In this document: in pieces, positions 23,537-36,900 of the stretch
Numbering within the stretch: position 1 is the stretch's first letter
Layout: every line of letters starts with the position of its first letter
Source of the DNA: Macrostomum lignano
Taxonomy: Eukaryota
Assembly (NCBI GenBank): GCA_002269645.1
Contig: NIVC01001378.1
Coordinates: forward strand, 186,001 to 250,000
Direction of reading: 5' to 3'
Length of the DNA stretch: 64,000 bases
The notes under the pieces: model-generated
Told to the model about the DNA's origin: nothing
The model's input: the letters and a program-made list of their open reading frames with translations, nothing else
Database searches by the model: none
Position numbers and translations under genes: made by a program

Positions 23537-26500
23537 TTTGTTTCTTTGTTTCACGCAAGAACATGGATAAAAACTGTTGATAGCCATTGAGTTAGCAAAC
23601 CAAAAAGTTGAAAACAGACTGAGCATGACATGACAAGATTTAGAAATTTCTGACAGCGGGAATGCCTCGCGTAGGGGTTGGACTTCCTATTGGTTTCGCC
23701 ATGCAAAAACAGGCTATGCGTGTTATGTTATCCCCATTGAACTAGTGCTTGGAACTTCATATTGCTTTCGCTAGGTAAAAACGAGCTATGCATCAAAAAA
23801 CGCTTACTACTGATGGCGGTCAGATCAAAGGATCAGAGTTGACGGCGGTCAGATTAAAGGATCAGAGTTGACGGCGGTCAGATCAAAGGATCAGAGTTGA
23901 CGGCGGTCAGATCAAAGGATCAGAGTTGACGGCGGTCAGATTAAAGGATCAGAATAGCTGGCGGTCAGATCAAAGGATCAGAGTTGACGGCGGTCAGATC
24001 AAAGGATCAGAATAGCTGGCGGTCAGATCAAAGGATCAAGAGTTGATGGCGGTCAGATCAAAGGATCAAGAGTTGATGGCGGTCAGATCAAAGGATCAAG
24101 AGTTGATGGCGGTCAGATCAAAGGATCAGAATAGCTGGCGGTCAGATCAAAGGATCAAGAGTTGATGGCGGTCAGATCAAAGGATCAAGAGTTGATGGCG
24201 GTCAGATCAAAGGATCAAGAGTTGATGGCGGTCAGATCAAAGGATCAAGAGTTGATGGCGGTCAGATCAAAGGATCAAGAGTTGATGGCGGTCAGATCAA
24301 AGGATCAAGAGTTGATGGCGGTCAGATCAAAGGATCAAGAGTTGATGGCGGTTAGATCAAAGAATAAGAGTTGATGGCGGTTAGATCAAAGGATCAAGAG
24401 TTGATGGCGGTCAGATCAAAGGATCAAGAGTTGATGGCGGTCAGATCAAAGGATCAAGAGTTGATGGCGGTCAGATCAAAGGATCAAGAGTTGATGGCGG
24501 TTAGATCAAAGAATAAGAGTTGATGGCGGTTAGATCAAAGGATCAAGAGTTGATGGCGGTCAGATCAAAGGATCAAGAGTTGATGGCGGTTAGATCAAAG
24601 GATCAAGAGTTGATGGCGGTCAGATCAAAGGATCAAGGGTTGATGGCGGTCAGATCAAAGGATCAAGAGTTGATGGCGGTCAGATCAAAGGATCAGGCGG
24701 ATACATAAAAAAGCAATAAATAAATAATATTTTGCTAAGCTTGAATCGCTGATTTTAATTGCAGCTTATAGAATGCAGATACATTTTTAATACACATTAA
24801 CTACTTGTGCATGATAGACAAAATACGGTGCCTAAATTTATTTTAAACGTAAAAACAGTTTAAATTCATTAACCGCATGCACATAAATGAATACATGTAA
24901 GTGCATTACAACGAGTATAAAATATATTTAGAAATTTCGATAGGAAGTAAAAATATTGTCTTAAAATTTAATAAGCAAAAATGCAAGAGTTGGGAGCTGT
25001 TAAAAATGGAATTGCTGGTGCAAAAGATAAATACGAGCCAATTAACTGCAATCGAAATGCGGATAATAGGGCTGACTAAACAGCAGGCAGTTGGGTCAGC
25101 TACATTTAGATCAATAGCTGATTGAGCCATAGTCATTAGGGTCATAAACAGTTGCTTCATTAATTTTCATTGAGGTCATAGATAGCTGGTTCAAAGTCAT
25201 TAGGGTCATAAGACAGCTGGTTCATGGTCATTAGGGTCATAAACAGCTGGTTCATAGTCGTTATGGTCATTGACAATTTGTTTCTTTGTTTCACGCAAGA
25301 ACATGGATAAAAACTGTTGATAGCCATTGAGTTAGCAAACCAAAAAGTTGAAAACAGACTGAGCATGACATGACAAGATTTAGAAATTTCTGACAGCGGG
25401 AATGCCTCGCGTAGGGGTTGGACTTCCTATTGGTTTCGCCATGCAAAAACAGGCTATGCGTGTTATGTTATCCCCATTGAACTAGTGCTTGGAACTTCAT
25501 ATTGCTTTCGCTAGGTAAAAACGAGCTATGCATAAAAAAACGCTTACTACTGATGGCGGTCAGATCAAAGGATCAGAGTTGACGGCGGTCAGATTAAAGG
25601 ATCAGAGTTGACGGCGGTCAGATCAAAGGATCAGAGTTGACGGCGGTCAGATCAAAGGATCAGAGTTGACGGCGGTCAGATTAAAGGATCAGAATAGCTG
25701 GCGGTCAGATCAAAGGATCAGAGTTGACGGCGGTCAGATCAAAGGATCAGAATAGCTGGCGGTCAGATCAAAGGATCAAGAGTTGATGGCGGTCAGATCA
25801 AAGGATCAAGAGTTGATGGCGGTCAGATCAAAGGATCAAGAGTTGATGGCGGTCAGATCAAAGGATCAGAATAGCTGGCGGTCAGATCAAAGGATCAAGA
25901 GTTGATGGCGGTCAGATCAAAGGATCAAGAGTTGATGGCGGTCAGATCAAAGGATCAAGAGTTGATGGCGGTCAGATCAAAGGATCAAGAGTTGATGGCG
26001 GTCAGATCAAAGGATCAAGAGTTGATGGCGGTCAGATCAAAGGATCAAGAGTTGATGGCGGTCAGATCAAAGGATCAAGAGTTGATGGCGGTTAGATCAA
26101 AGAATAAGAGTTGATGGCGGTTAGATCAAAGGATCAAGAGTTGATGGCGGTCAGATCAAAGGATCAAGAGTTGATGGCGGTCAGATCAAAGGATCAAGAG
26201 TTGATGGCGGTCAGATCAAAGGATCAAGAGTTGATGGCGGTTAGATCAAAGAATAAGAGTTGATGGCGGTTAGATCAAAGGATCAAGAGTTGATGGCGGT
26301 CAGATCAAAGGATCAAGAGTTGATGGCGGTTAGATCAAAGGATCAAGAGTTGATGGCGGTCAGATCAAAGGATCAAGGGTTGATGGCGGTCAGATCAAAG
26401 GATCAAGAGTTGATGGCGGTCAGATCAAAGGATCAGGCGGATACATAAAAAAGCAATAAATAAATAATATTTTGCTAAGCTTGAATCGCTGATTTTAATT

Positions 26501-27016
26501 GCAGCTTATAGAATGCAGATACATTTTTAATACACATTAACTACTTGTGCATGATAGACAAAATACGGTGCCTAAATTTATTTTAAACGTAAAAACAGTT
26601 TAAATTCATTAACCGCATGCACATAAATGAATACATGTAAGTGCATTACAACGAGTATAAAATATATTTAGAAATTTCGATAGGAAGTAAAAATATTGTC
26701 TTAAAATTTAATAAGCAAAAATGCAAGAGTTGGGAGCTGTTAAAAATGGAATTGCTGGTGCAAAAGATAAATACGAGCCAATTAACTGCAATCGAAATGC
26801 GGATAATAGGGCTGACTAAACAGCAGGCAGTTGGGTCAGCTACATTTAGATCAATAGCTGATTGAGCCATAGTCATTAGGGTCATAAACAGTTGCTTCAT
26901 TAATTTTCATTGAGGTCATAGATAGCTGGTTCAAAGTCATTAGGGTCATAAGACAGCTGGTTCATGGTCATTAGGGTCATAAACAGCTGGTTCATAGTCG
27001 TTATGGTCATTGACAA
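23537..27016. repeat. 1740-bp tandem segmental duplication (23537-25276 / 25277-27016)
   Basis: Sequence lines match at offset 1740 and ORF coordinates repeat at +1740; one substitution noticed (23794 vs 25534). Confidence 0.95.
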
Positions 27017-27600
27017 TTGGTTTGTAGTCATTAGGGTCATAAACAGTTGCTTCATTAATTTTTAATGAGGTCACAGATAGCTGGTTCAAAGTCATTAGGG
27101 TCATAAGACAGCTGGTTCATAGCCATTAGGGTAATAAGACAGCTGGTTTATAGTCATTAGGGTCATAGACGGTTGGTTCATGGTCATTAGAGTCATAGAC
27201 AGCTGCTTCATAGTCATTAGGGTCATAGACAACTGCTTCATAGTCATTAGGGTCTTAGAAAGTTGGTTCATAGTAATTGAGGTCATAGATAGCTGGTTCG
27301 AAGTCATTAGGGTCATAGACAGCTGGTTCATAGTTATTATGGTCATAGACAGTTGGTTCATAGTCATTAGGGTCATAGTTGGTTCATAGTCATTAGGGTC
27401 ATAAACAATTGGCTCGTAGTCATTAGGGTCATAGACAATTGGTTCGTAGTCATTAGGGTCATAAGACAGCTGGTTCATAGTCATTAGGGTCATAGACGGT
27501 TGGTTCATAGTCGTTATGGTCATAGACAATTGGTTCGTAGTCATTAGGGTCATAAACAGTTGATTCATTAATTTTCATTAAGGTCATAGACAATTGGTTA
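26865..27600. repeat. 30-bp minisatellite GGGTCATAGACAGCTGGTTCATAGTCATTA
   Basis: Tandem units; its first part is duplicated at ~25125-25276. Confidence 0.9.
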
Positions 27601-27734
27601 ATTAATTGTCATCAACGTGAAAGTCGCAATCATCGGTCACAGGACATGACAGGTCATAGACAGTTGCATTACACAGGATAAGCATACAATATTAATAAAA
27701 ACAGACGCAGAAGTCAAGCACACAGCCAGGCAGG

Positions 27735-27993
27735 TCAAAGCGTGCTCAACAGCAGATTCGCTGTAGTACGCAGCAGGGCCAAGTCGAAGTGCTCAGCCAC
27801 GGACAGCAGAGTGCGCAGCTGCACCAGCATGTCCGGACCGTTCACTGTGCACCGGAACTTGCCGGCACACGGGCACAGCTTGGCAAGCGATCGGTCCATT
27901 ACTGAGTTGCACTTTGAGCAGGTGAGGTCCTGCAGGCTGCTGTTCATGGCTAGCAGCTTGGCTACGTTTAATAGGCGGAGTTCCAGCATGCTT
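27735..27993 (-). CDS. POLE: POLE last coding exon (CysB)
   Basis: LQDLTCSKC...LCPCAGKF...TL*. Confidence 0.92.
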
Positions 27994-30412
27994 CTGCGGG
28001 TTCGCGGCAGTTTTTATCAGCAAATATTATTTACAGAGACTGGATCCCAAATACCCCAACAAAGACCGAATCCCAAAAAACCCCCCAACGCAGACTGAAT
28101 CCCAAAATACCCCAACGCAGACCAAATCTCAAAAATCCCCAACACAGACCGGATCCCAAAAATCCCTTACCGCAGACCGAATCCCCAAAATACCTTAACA
28201 CAGACGGAATCCCAAAAATACCCCAACACAGACCGAATCCCAAAAATACCCCAACGCAGACTGAATCCCAAAAATACCCCAACACAGACCGAATCCCAAA
28301 AATACCCCAACGCAGAGCGAATCCCAAAAATACCCCAACAAAGACCGAATCCCAAAAATACCCCAACGCAGACCGGATCCCAAAATACTCCAACACAGAC
28401 CGGATCCCAAAAATACCCCAACGCAGAGCAAATCCCAAAAATACCCCAACAAAGACCGAATCCCAAAAATACCCCAACGCAGACCGGATCCCAAAATACT
28501 CCAACACAGACCGGAACCCAAAAATCCCCAATACAGGGCAAATCTCAAAAATCCCCAATACACGGCGAAACCCAAAAATCCCTTAACACAGACCGAATCC
28601 CAAAACTCTCCCAACACAGACTGAATCCGAGAACTCCCCAACTAAAACAAAGACCAAATCTCGAAAATCTCCCAACACAAACTGAATCCCAAAAATCCCA
28701 AAACAGACCGAATCCCAAAAATCCCAAAACAAAGACTGAATCCCAAAAATCCCCAAACACAGACTAAACCCCAAAACTACCTAAAACAAAGACTGAATCC
28801 CAAAAATCCCTAACAAAGACCCCCGACTCTCCAACGCACCTCTCGTATGGCGAGTCGCACCGCGGGCACAGCCAGGAGCCCTGGGCGCCGCGGCCCCTGC
28901 GCAGCGGGTCCCGGCACAGATCCAGATTGCGCACAAAGTCGCAGCGGTGGCAGGCCACCTCGGCCAGGGTCAGGCTGGCGCACGGGTTGGTCCAATCGCC
29001 GCGGCTGGAGAATTCGCCAACACCAGCCAATCGGAGCAGGGCGGCCTTGACTCGGTCGGCCTCCTCGGCCAGACAGTCGGCCAGGCTGAGCACCCGGCAG
29101 ACAGATTTGGCGAATTCTAAGCCGCCATTGGCGCAGTCGGCGTCCGCCCGCCGGCCAGGCGGATTCGGCACGGCGATCAGCTTGGAGGCTGCGCCGCCGG
29201 CTGATTTGAATCGGCGCCTGAACGCGTCCACCTGGGCATGGAGATCAATAGTGCGCTCTTGTAGAGATCTGCATTTCAACTAGAGAATTCTAGTGCAAAC
29301 GAGCTATTTACCGCACTCAGGTATACGATGTACGATGAGCTCGTTGGGGGATGCTTGCTGGCTGGGGGATGCTTGCTATCTGGGGATGCTTGCTATCTGG
29401 GGATGCTTGCTGTCTGGGGATGCTTGCTGTCTGGGGGGATGCTTGCTGTCTGGGGGATGCTTGCTATCTGGGGATGCTTGCTGTCTGGGGGATGCTTGCT
29501 GTCTGGGGGATGCTTGCTGTCTGGGGGGATGCTTGCTGTCTGGGGGATGCTTGCTATCTGGGGGATGCTTGCTGTCTGGGGGATGCTTGCTGTCTGGGGA
29601 TGCTTGCTGTCTGGGGGATGCTTGCTGTCTGGGGGATGCTTGCTGTCTGGGGGATGCTTGCTGTCTGGGGGATGCTTGCTGTCTGGGGATGCTTAGTGTC
29701 TGGGGATGCTTGCTGTCTGGGGGATGCTTAGTGTCTGGGGGATGCTTGCTGTCTGGGGGATGCTTAGTGTCTGGGGGATGCTTAGTGTCTGGGGGATGCT
29801 TGCTGTCTGGGGGATGCTTAGTGTCTGGGGGATTGCTTGCTATATTACATCATTTCATTTTTTATTTGCTCCCCAACGGGGAGTTTAAATTGCTAGTATA
29901 TACTATACTTGAAAAAAGTACAATAGGTAACTTTTAAAGTGCAATACGTTATTTTTTAAAAGTACAATACGCACTTTCAATCAAACATATTACGTAGCCT
30001 TTAGAAAGTACAATACAAGATGTACCAAGTGCCAATTCTGTCAAAATCAATTTTTACTTTACTAATTTCATAGAAGCAGTAAGTAGCTTGCGTGGTTATT
30101 ACAGAAGATCTAGTCGAGGCATACTAACCTGCGCCATTAGGTCATGCGACAGGCTACCCTTCAGCAGGGTTAGAAGCGCTTCTTCGAGTCCTTTGCCGGC
30201 TGTTTTGCCTTCCTCGTACAGCAGAGTCTCCGTGGCCAATAACAGGCCGGTTAGCACAGTGTCGAAGGCGGGCTGCAAGCTGATTGGCAGGAATTCGCCC
30301 AGATTCCACTGGCACTCCATGCGGCGATGGCGCAGGCTGGGATGCTGGCTGGGACGGATCTCCGACTGCGGGCGGCAGTTGCACCAGCAGCAGAATATAA
30401 TAAATGAACTGC

Positions 30413-30495
<83 letters not shown>

Positions 30496-30516
30496 TAGAC
30501 AGACAGACCGACAGGC

Positions 30517-30560
<44 letters not shown>

Positions 30561-30568
30561 CGACAGGC

Positions 30569-30647
<79 letters not shown>

Positions 30648-30668
30648 TAGACAGACAGACCGACAGGC

Positions 30669-30700
<32 letters not shown>

Positions 30701-30740
30701 CGACAGGCAGACAGACAGACAGACAGACAGACCGACAGGC

Positions 30741-30772
<32 letters not shown>

Positions 30773-30836
30773 CGACAGGCAGACAGACAGACAGACAGAC
30801 AGACAGACAGGCAGACAGACAGACAGACAAACAGTA

Positions 30837-30896
<60 letters not shown>

Positions 30897-30904
30897 CGAC
30901 AGGC

Positions 30905-30936
<32 letters not shown>

Positions 30937-30937
30937 C

Positions 30938-30973
<36 letters not shown>

Positions 30974-33900
30974 GGCAGGCAGGCAAAGACAAACTTACAG
31001 CCGACCGATCCCGACGATCTTCAGCCTCCTCGGCCTCATCCTCGAGATCCTCCTCATCCTCGGGCGTCACCTCGTAGCGAATGCCGCAGAAATTGGCGGC
31101 ATCAAGGAACAGCAGAGCAGAATAGACGCCGCTAACCTGAAGGTCGAGCGCCTGGAAGGCGTCCTTGGAGCAGAGGGTGCGGCAGACGTGCCTGGCATAG
31201 GCCAGACAGTCATCGGGATTCTGCTTGCCCGTGGCCAGTAAAATGTTGTAGAAGTCGGCGCGAATCACCTGTGATGGAAGTTTGTTTGTTTTGGCTGACG
31301 ACGTGTACTTTTAGTCGGAAAATTTAGAGGTCTACTACTATTTAATGAATGCTTTCACGTAGCTTCATCTCACCTACTGTCTGCCCCAGCCTCCTCTAGC
31401 TCAGCTCACCTGCTGTCTGCCTGATCTTCATCAGTCCCCAGCTTCACATTGCTCAGCTCACCTGCCTCATCTTCATAAGTCCCCAGCTTCCCATTGCTCA
31501 GCTCACCTGCCTCATCTTCATAAGTCCCCAGCTTCACATTGCTCAGCTCACCTGCCTCATCTTCATCAGTCCCCAGCTTCACATTGCCCAGGTCACCCGC
31601 CTCATCTTCATAAGTCCCCAGCTTCACATTGCCCAGGTCACCTGCCTCATCTTCATAAGTCCCCAGCTTCCCATTGCTCAGCTCACCTGCCTCATCTTCA
31701 TCAGTCCCCAGCTTCACATTGCTCAGCTCACCTGCCTCATCTTCATAAGTCCCCAGCTTCACATTGCTCAGCTCACCTGCCTCATCTTCATAAGTCCCCA
31801 GCTTCCCATTTCTCAGCTCACCTGCCTCATCTTCATCAGTCCCCAGCTTCCCGTTGCTCAGCTCACCTGCCTCATCTTCATAAGTCCCCAGCTTCCCATT
31901 TCTCAGCTCACCTGCCTCATCTTCATCAGTCCCCAGCTTTCCATTGCTCAGCTCACCTGCCTCATCTTCATCGGTCCCCAGCTTTCCATTGCTCAGCTCA
32001 CCTGCCTCATCTTCTTCAGTCCCCATCTTCCCATTGCTCAACTCACCTGCCTCATCTTCAGTCCCCAGCTTCCCCTTGCTCAGCTCACCTGTCGTCTGTC
32101 TTATCTTCATCAGTACCCAGCTTCCCATTGCTCAGCTAACCTGCCTTATCTTCATCAGACTCCAGCTTCCCATTGCTCAGCTTACCTGCCTTATCTTCAT
32201 CAGACTCCAGCTTCCCATTGCTCAGCTTACCTGCCTTATCTTCATCAGTCCCCAGCTTCCCATTGCTCAGCTTACCTGCCTTATCTTCATCAGTCCCCAG
32301 TTTCCCAGTGCTCAGCTCACCTGCTGTCTGCCTTATCTTCATCAGACCCCAGTTTCCCATTGCTCAACTCACCTGCCTCATCTTCTTCAGTCCCCAGCTT
32401 CCCGTTGCTCAGCTCACTTGCCTCATCTTTATCAGTCCCCAGCTTCCCATTGCTCAACTTACCTGCCTCATCTTCAGTCCCCAGCTTCCCATTGCTCAAG
32501 TCACCTGCCTCATCTTCAGTCCCCAGCTTCCCGTTGCTCAGCTCACTTGCTGTCTGTCTCATACTCTTATCTTCATAAATTCCCAGTCTTCTTTAATATC
32601 CTAATAAAGCAAAGATAATTTTCCCAACCAGCCATCCCTCACCTGACCCCCGCCAAGCGTTCTCAACTCCGCAAGCAGGTGAATCTGAAGCTTCCTCATC
32701 AGCCGCTGCAGCGTTCTCAACAATGCCGGATCGTGAAATCGCGACTGCGGACTGCGAAACCAGCGCTGCAGATGCACCAGCAGATTGTCGGCACACCTGT
32801 GCGAATGCTGAGTAACGTCGCGTATCCAAGCCAGAGCCAGGCTTCGAATAGTTCGAAACGCTGTTGAGCAGGCGGCAGTTTCGTCGTATTGAGATAGGCT
32901 GGATCCCGCAGCCTCCGACATCATCTCTTCCACGCCCTAATGGGATGAATTTAAACGAGAGGTGTGAATCGTGACCATAAACTATGACTCTAGATATTGT
33001 GACCAAGCTGTGACTCTACAGATTGAGACCGTGACCTGTGTTATTGTGAATTGTGATTGTGAACTGTGGCGTGAGCTTGTGACAGCCATAGCTTGCGAGT
33101 AGAGATTGAGAACGAGAAGTGCGCGATGTACGAGAACCATGGATGTGGTGAACTGTGACTGTAGAGATAGTGACCGTGACAGACATAAGATGTGATCGAG
33201 GCCTGTGATTACAGATCGTGACCGTGATCTGTGACTGTAGAGATAGTGACCGTGACAGACATAAGATGTGATCGAGGCCTGTGATTACAGATCGTGACCG
33301 TGATCTGTGACTGTAGAGATAGTGACCGTGACAGACATAAGATGTGATCGAGGCCTGTGATTACAGATCGTGACCGTGATCTGTGACTGTAGAGATAGTG
33401 ACCGTGACAGACAAGATGTGATCGAGGCCTGTGATTACAGATCGTGACCGTGATCTGTGACTGTAGAGATAGTGACCGTGACAGACATAAGATGTGATCG
33501 AGGCCTGTGATTACAGATCGTGACCGTGATCTGTGACTCTACAGATCGTGAAGTTAGACAAAATAGTGAACGCAAATTGTGGCTATTAATAGAGGCTGGG
33601 TCTGTCACACCTGCACAGGCAGAATCTCGTAGGTCTGAGCGCCGCCCTCCATCTCGTGAATTCTGGCGCACTGCAGCAGAGCGCAGACTGCTAAACTGCT
33701 AACGTCGATATGCGCACAATAGGCCGGATAGAATCCGGGTCGAACAGTTTCGAATGGTTCGATTTCGCAAGTTAAATCGAGATCGAGTCGAAGATCGTCC
33801 GATTCGAAGCCACCTAAATCGGGCGATTCGGAGTCTGAGCACCACAGCAGGTGGTTCTGCTTGAGCAGTGTTCGGCCGAGGAATACGTCGATGCCTAGAA

Positions 33901-36900
33901 TGGCGGATTCGTTAGCGTTGATTGGCAGGTTTCCGATTGGCACCTGCGAGATTAGGGGTGATGTGGGGGCTTGTAAAAGTACACAATTGATAATTAAGAA
34001 AAACTCTGCGCTTCACGTAAGAGCTGGATAAGAAAGCTGTGCTCAAATGCATGTGATGAAGTTGTGCTCAAATGTGATGAAGCTGTGCTCAAGTGTGATA
34101 AAGCTTTGCTCAAATGTGATGAAGCTGTGTTTAAGTATGAAGAAGCTGTGCTTAAGTGTGATAAAGCTGTGCTCAAGTGTGATAAAGCCGTGCTCAAGTG
34201 TGATAAAGCCGTGCTCAAATGTCATGATGAAGCTGTGCTCAAGTGTGATAAAGCCGTGTTCAAGTGTGATAAAGCCGTGCTCAAATGTCATGATGAAGCT
34301 GTGCTCAAGTGTGATAAAGCTGTGCTCAAATGTGATGAAGCTGTGCTCAAGTGTGATAAAGCTTTGCTCAAATGTGATGAAGCTGTGTTCAAGTATGAAG
34401 AAGCTGTACTTAAGTGTGATAAAGCTGTGCTCAAGTGTGATAAAGCCGTGCTCAAATGTCATGATGAAGCTGTGCTCAAGTGTGATAAAGCCGTGTTCAA
34501 GTGTGATAAAGCCGTGCTCAAATGTCATGATGAAGCTGTGCTCAAGTGTGATAAAGCCGTGCTCAAGTGTGATAAAGCCGTGCTCAAGTGTGATAAAGCC
34601 GTGCTCAAGTGTGATAAAGCCGTGCTCAAATGTCATGATGAAGCTGTGCTCAAGTGTGATAAAGCCGTGTTCAAGTGTGATAAAGCCGTGCTCAAATGTC
34701 ATGATGAAGCTGTGCTCAAGTGTGATAAAGCCGTGCTCAAGTGTGATAAAGCTTTGCTCAAATGTGATGAAGCTGTGTTCAAGTATGATGAAGCTGTGCT
34801 CAAGTGTGATAAAGCCGTGCTCAAGTGTGATAAAGCCGTGCTCAAATGTCATGATGAAGCTGTGCTTAAGTGTGATAAAGCTGTGCTCAAATGTGATGAA
34901 GCTGAGCTTAAATACGGTGAAGCTGAGACAGATAAAGTACTGTTTAACTCACCTGATGATACCTAGCCACCGACAGCTGCTTAGCATAAGCCACGCAGCT
35001 ATCCAAATAGTGGCCAATCATCCTAGCCGCTCCCAGCCTCTGCCAGTCTAGGCCCAGTCCGTAAGTCTCCTCGGCAGAATCTGGCTGATGCCCGCTATTA
35101 AACAGCAGCTGGTGAAGCGGCGGGACTGGCACCAGCGGATAGTCTTGCAGGCTGTGAAATCTTCTAGTCAATTCCGACAATGGAGTCGACGAATCGACGG
35201 TCATGATAGTGGGAGTTCGGCGTTCGGTCTTGTTCGAGGACAGGCACTTGTCTATGGCCTTGACTATGCCGTCTATGTTCTGTTCTGACTGTTGGCGAAT
35301 TGGAATATTGGGAATCGATATATTAGGAAGTTGAATATTGTGGATTAGAGTACCTTAAAATAGATATCCCAAACTGGTGATCGTATATTGGGGATAAATC
35401 AATCAAGATATCCTAATTTGGGAATCGAATATTGGGGATAAATCAATCAAGATGTATATAATTGGAAATATAATATTGGGAATAAGTCAATAAGAAAATC
35501 ATAATTAGGAATCGAATATTGGGGATAAATCAATAAGACAATCATAATTAGGAATCGAATATTAGGATAAATTAATCAAGATATCCTAAATTGGGGAAGC
35601 GAATATTGGGGATCAACCAATCAAGACATCCATAATTTGGAAATCGAATATTGGGGATAAATCAATCAAGATATCCTAATTTGGGAATCGAATATTGGGG
35701 ATAAATCAATCAAGATGTATATAATTGGAAATATAATATTGGGAATAAGTCAATAAGAAAATCATAATTTGGAAATCGAATATTGGGGATAAATCAATCA
35801 AGATATCCTAATTTGGGAATCGAATATTGGGGATAAATCAATCAAGATGTATATAATTGGAAATATAATATTAGGAATAAGTCAATAAGAAAATCATAAT
35901 TAGGAATCGAATATTGGGGATAAATCAATAAGACAATCATAATTAGGAATAGAATATTGGGGATAAATCAATAAGACAATCATAATTAGGAATCGAATAT
36001 TGGGGATAAATCAATAAGACAATCATAATTAGGAATAGAATATTGGGGATAAATCAATAAGACAATCATAATTAGGAATCGAATATTAGGATAAATTAAT
36101 CAAGATATCCTAAATTGGGGAAGCGAATATTGGGGATCAACCAATCAAGACATCCATAATTTGGAAATCGAATATTCGGGATAAAGATTTCCCAAACTGG
36201 GAATTAAGCCGCAGAGGAAACAAACCTTCACATCGAAGCTAAACGTCTCGGGCGGCATGAATCCATCGATCAGCTGATCGCCCAGCGCCTCTCGCATGGC
36301 AGCCTCGCGCCGGCGCCACTCAGCCGCGTAGCCAGTTGCCAAGCCGGGCCAATCGGAGGCCAGACGGCCGCCAGACTGAGCCATGATGAACACGTGACAG
36401 CGCGGCTGGTTGCCAGGCGTGAATATCGCCCAGATTTGCAACCGGCCGCTAGTATGATGATAGAAATGCGACAGCTTCAAGCCTCTGGAACTGGCCAGAT
36501 AGGGACTTTGAGAGGCCGAACGAAGCCAAAGGCTGTCTAGAGGAAACGTGTCAGTGTCCCGGCCGCTGGCAACCAGGCGGCGGGCCCAATCTCTGTCGAC
36601 AACGCACAGACAGCCAAGGCGTAGTACAGCTCGAAACCAGAGCGAGGTGCTGAGTTCGAACACGCCGAGGACGTCATTGGTCATTAGTTGAGCTCGGATT
36701 GAGTCCTGATTTTTGCGATAGACGGACTCGGGCATTCTGTACTCGTACAGGTGGTGCGCAACTCGATTGCGCGGCAGAGTACGGCTAACACGCCGGTACT
36801 GATGCTCGGCGTCGGCTGGACAGTCAGTCTTGGCGGTCAGGTGGTTCACGTAGAATATGCGAGGCACCTGACAGACATGCAGGAATTGATAGGCTGTATG

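Noticed and set aside
20860-26436. CRISPR-like appearance of 29-55-bp repeats (also at 2925-3580 and 17665-18056)
   Set aside because: Units are head-to-tail with no unique spacers, there are no cas genes, and the context is eukaryotic.
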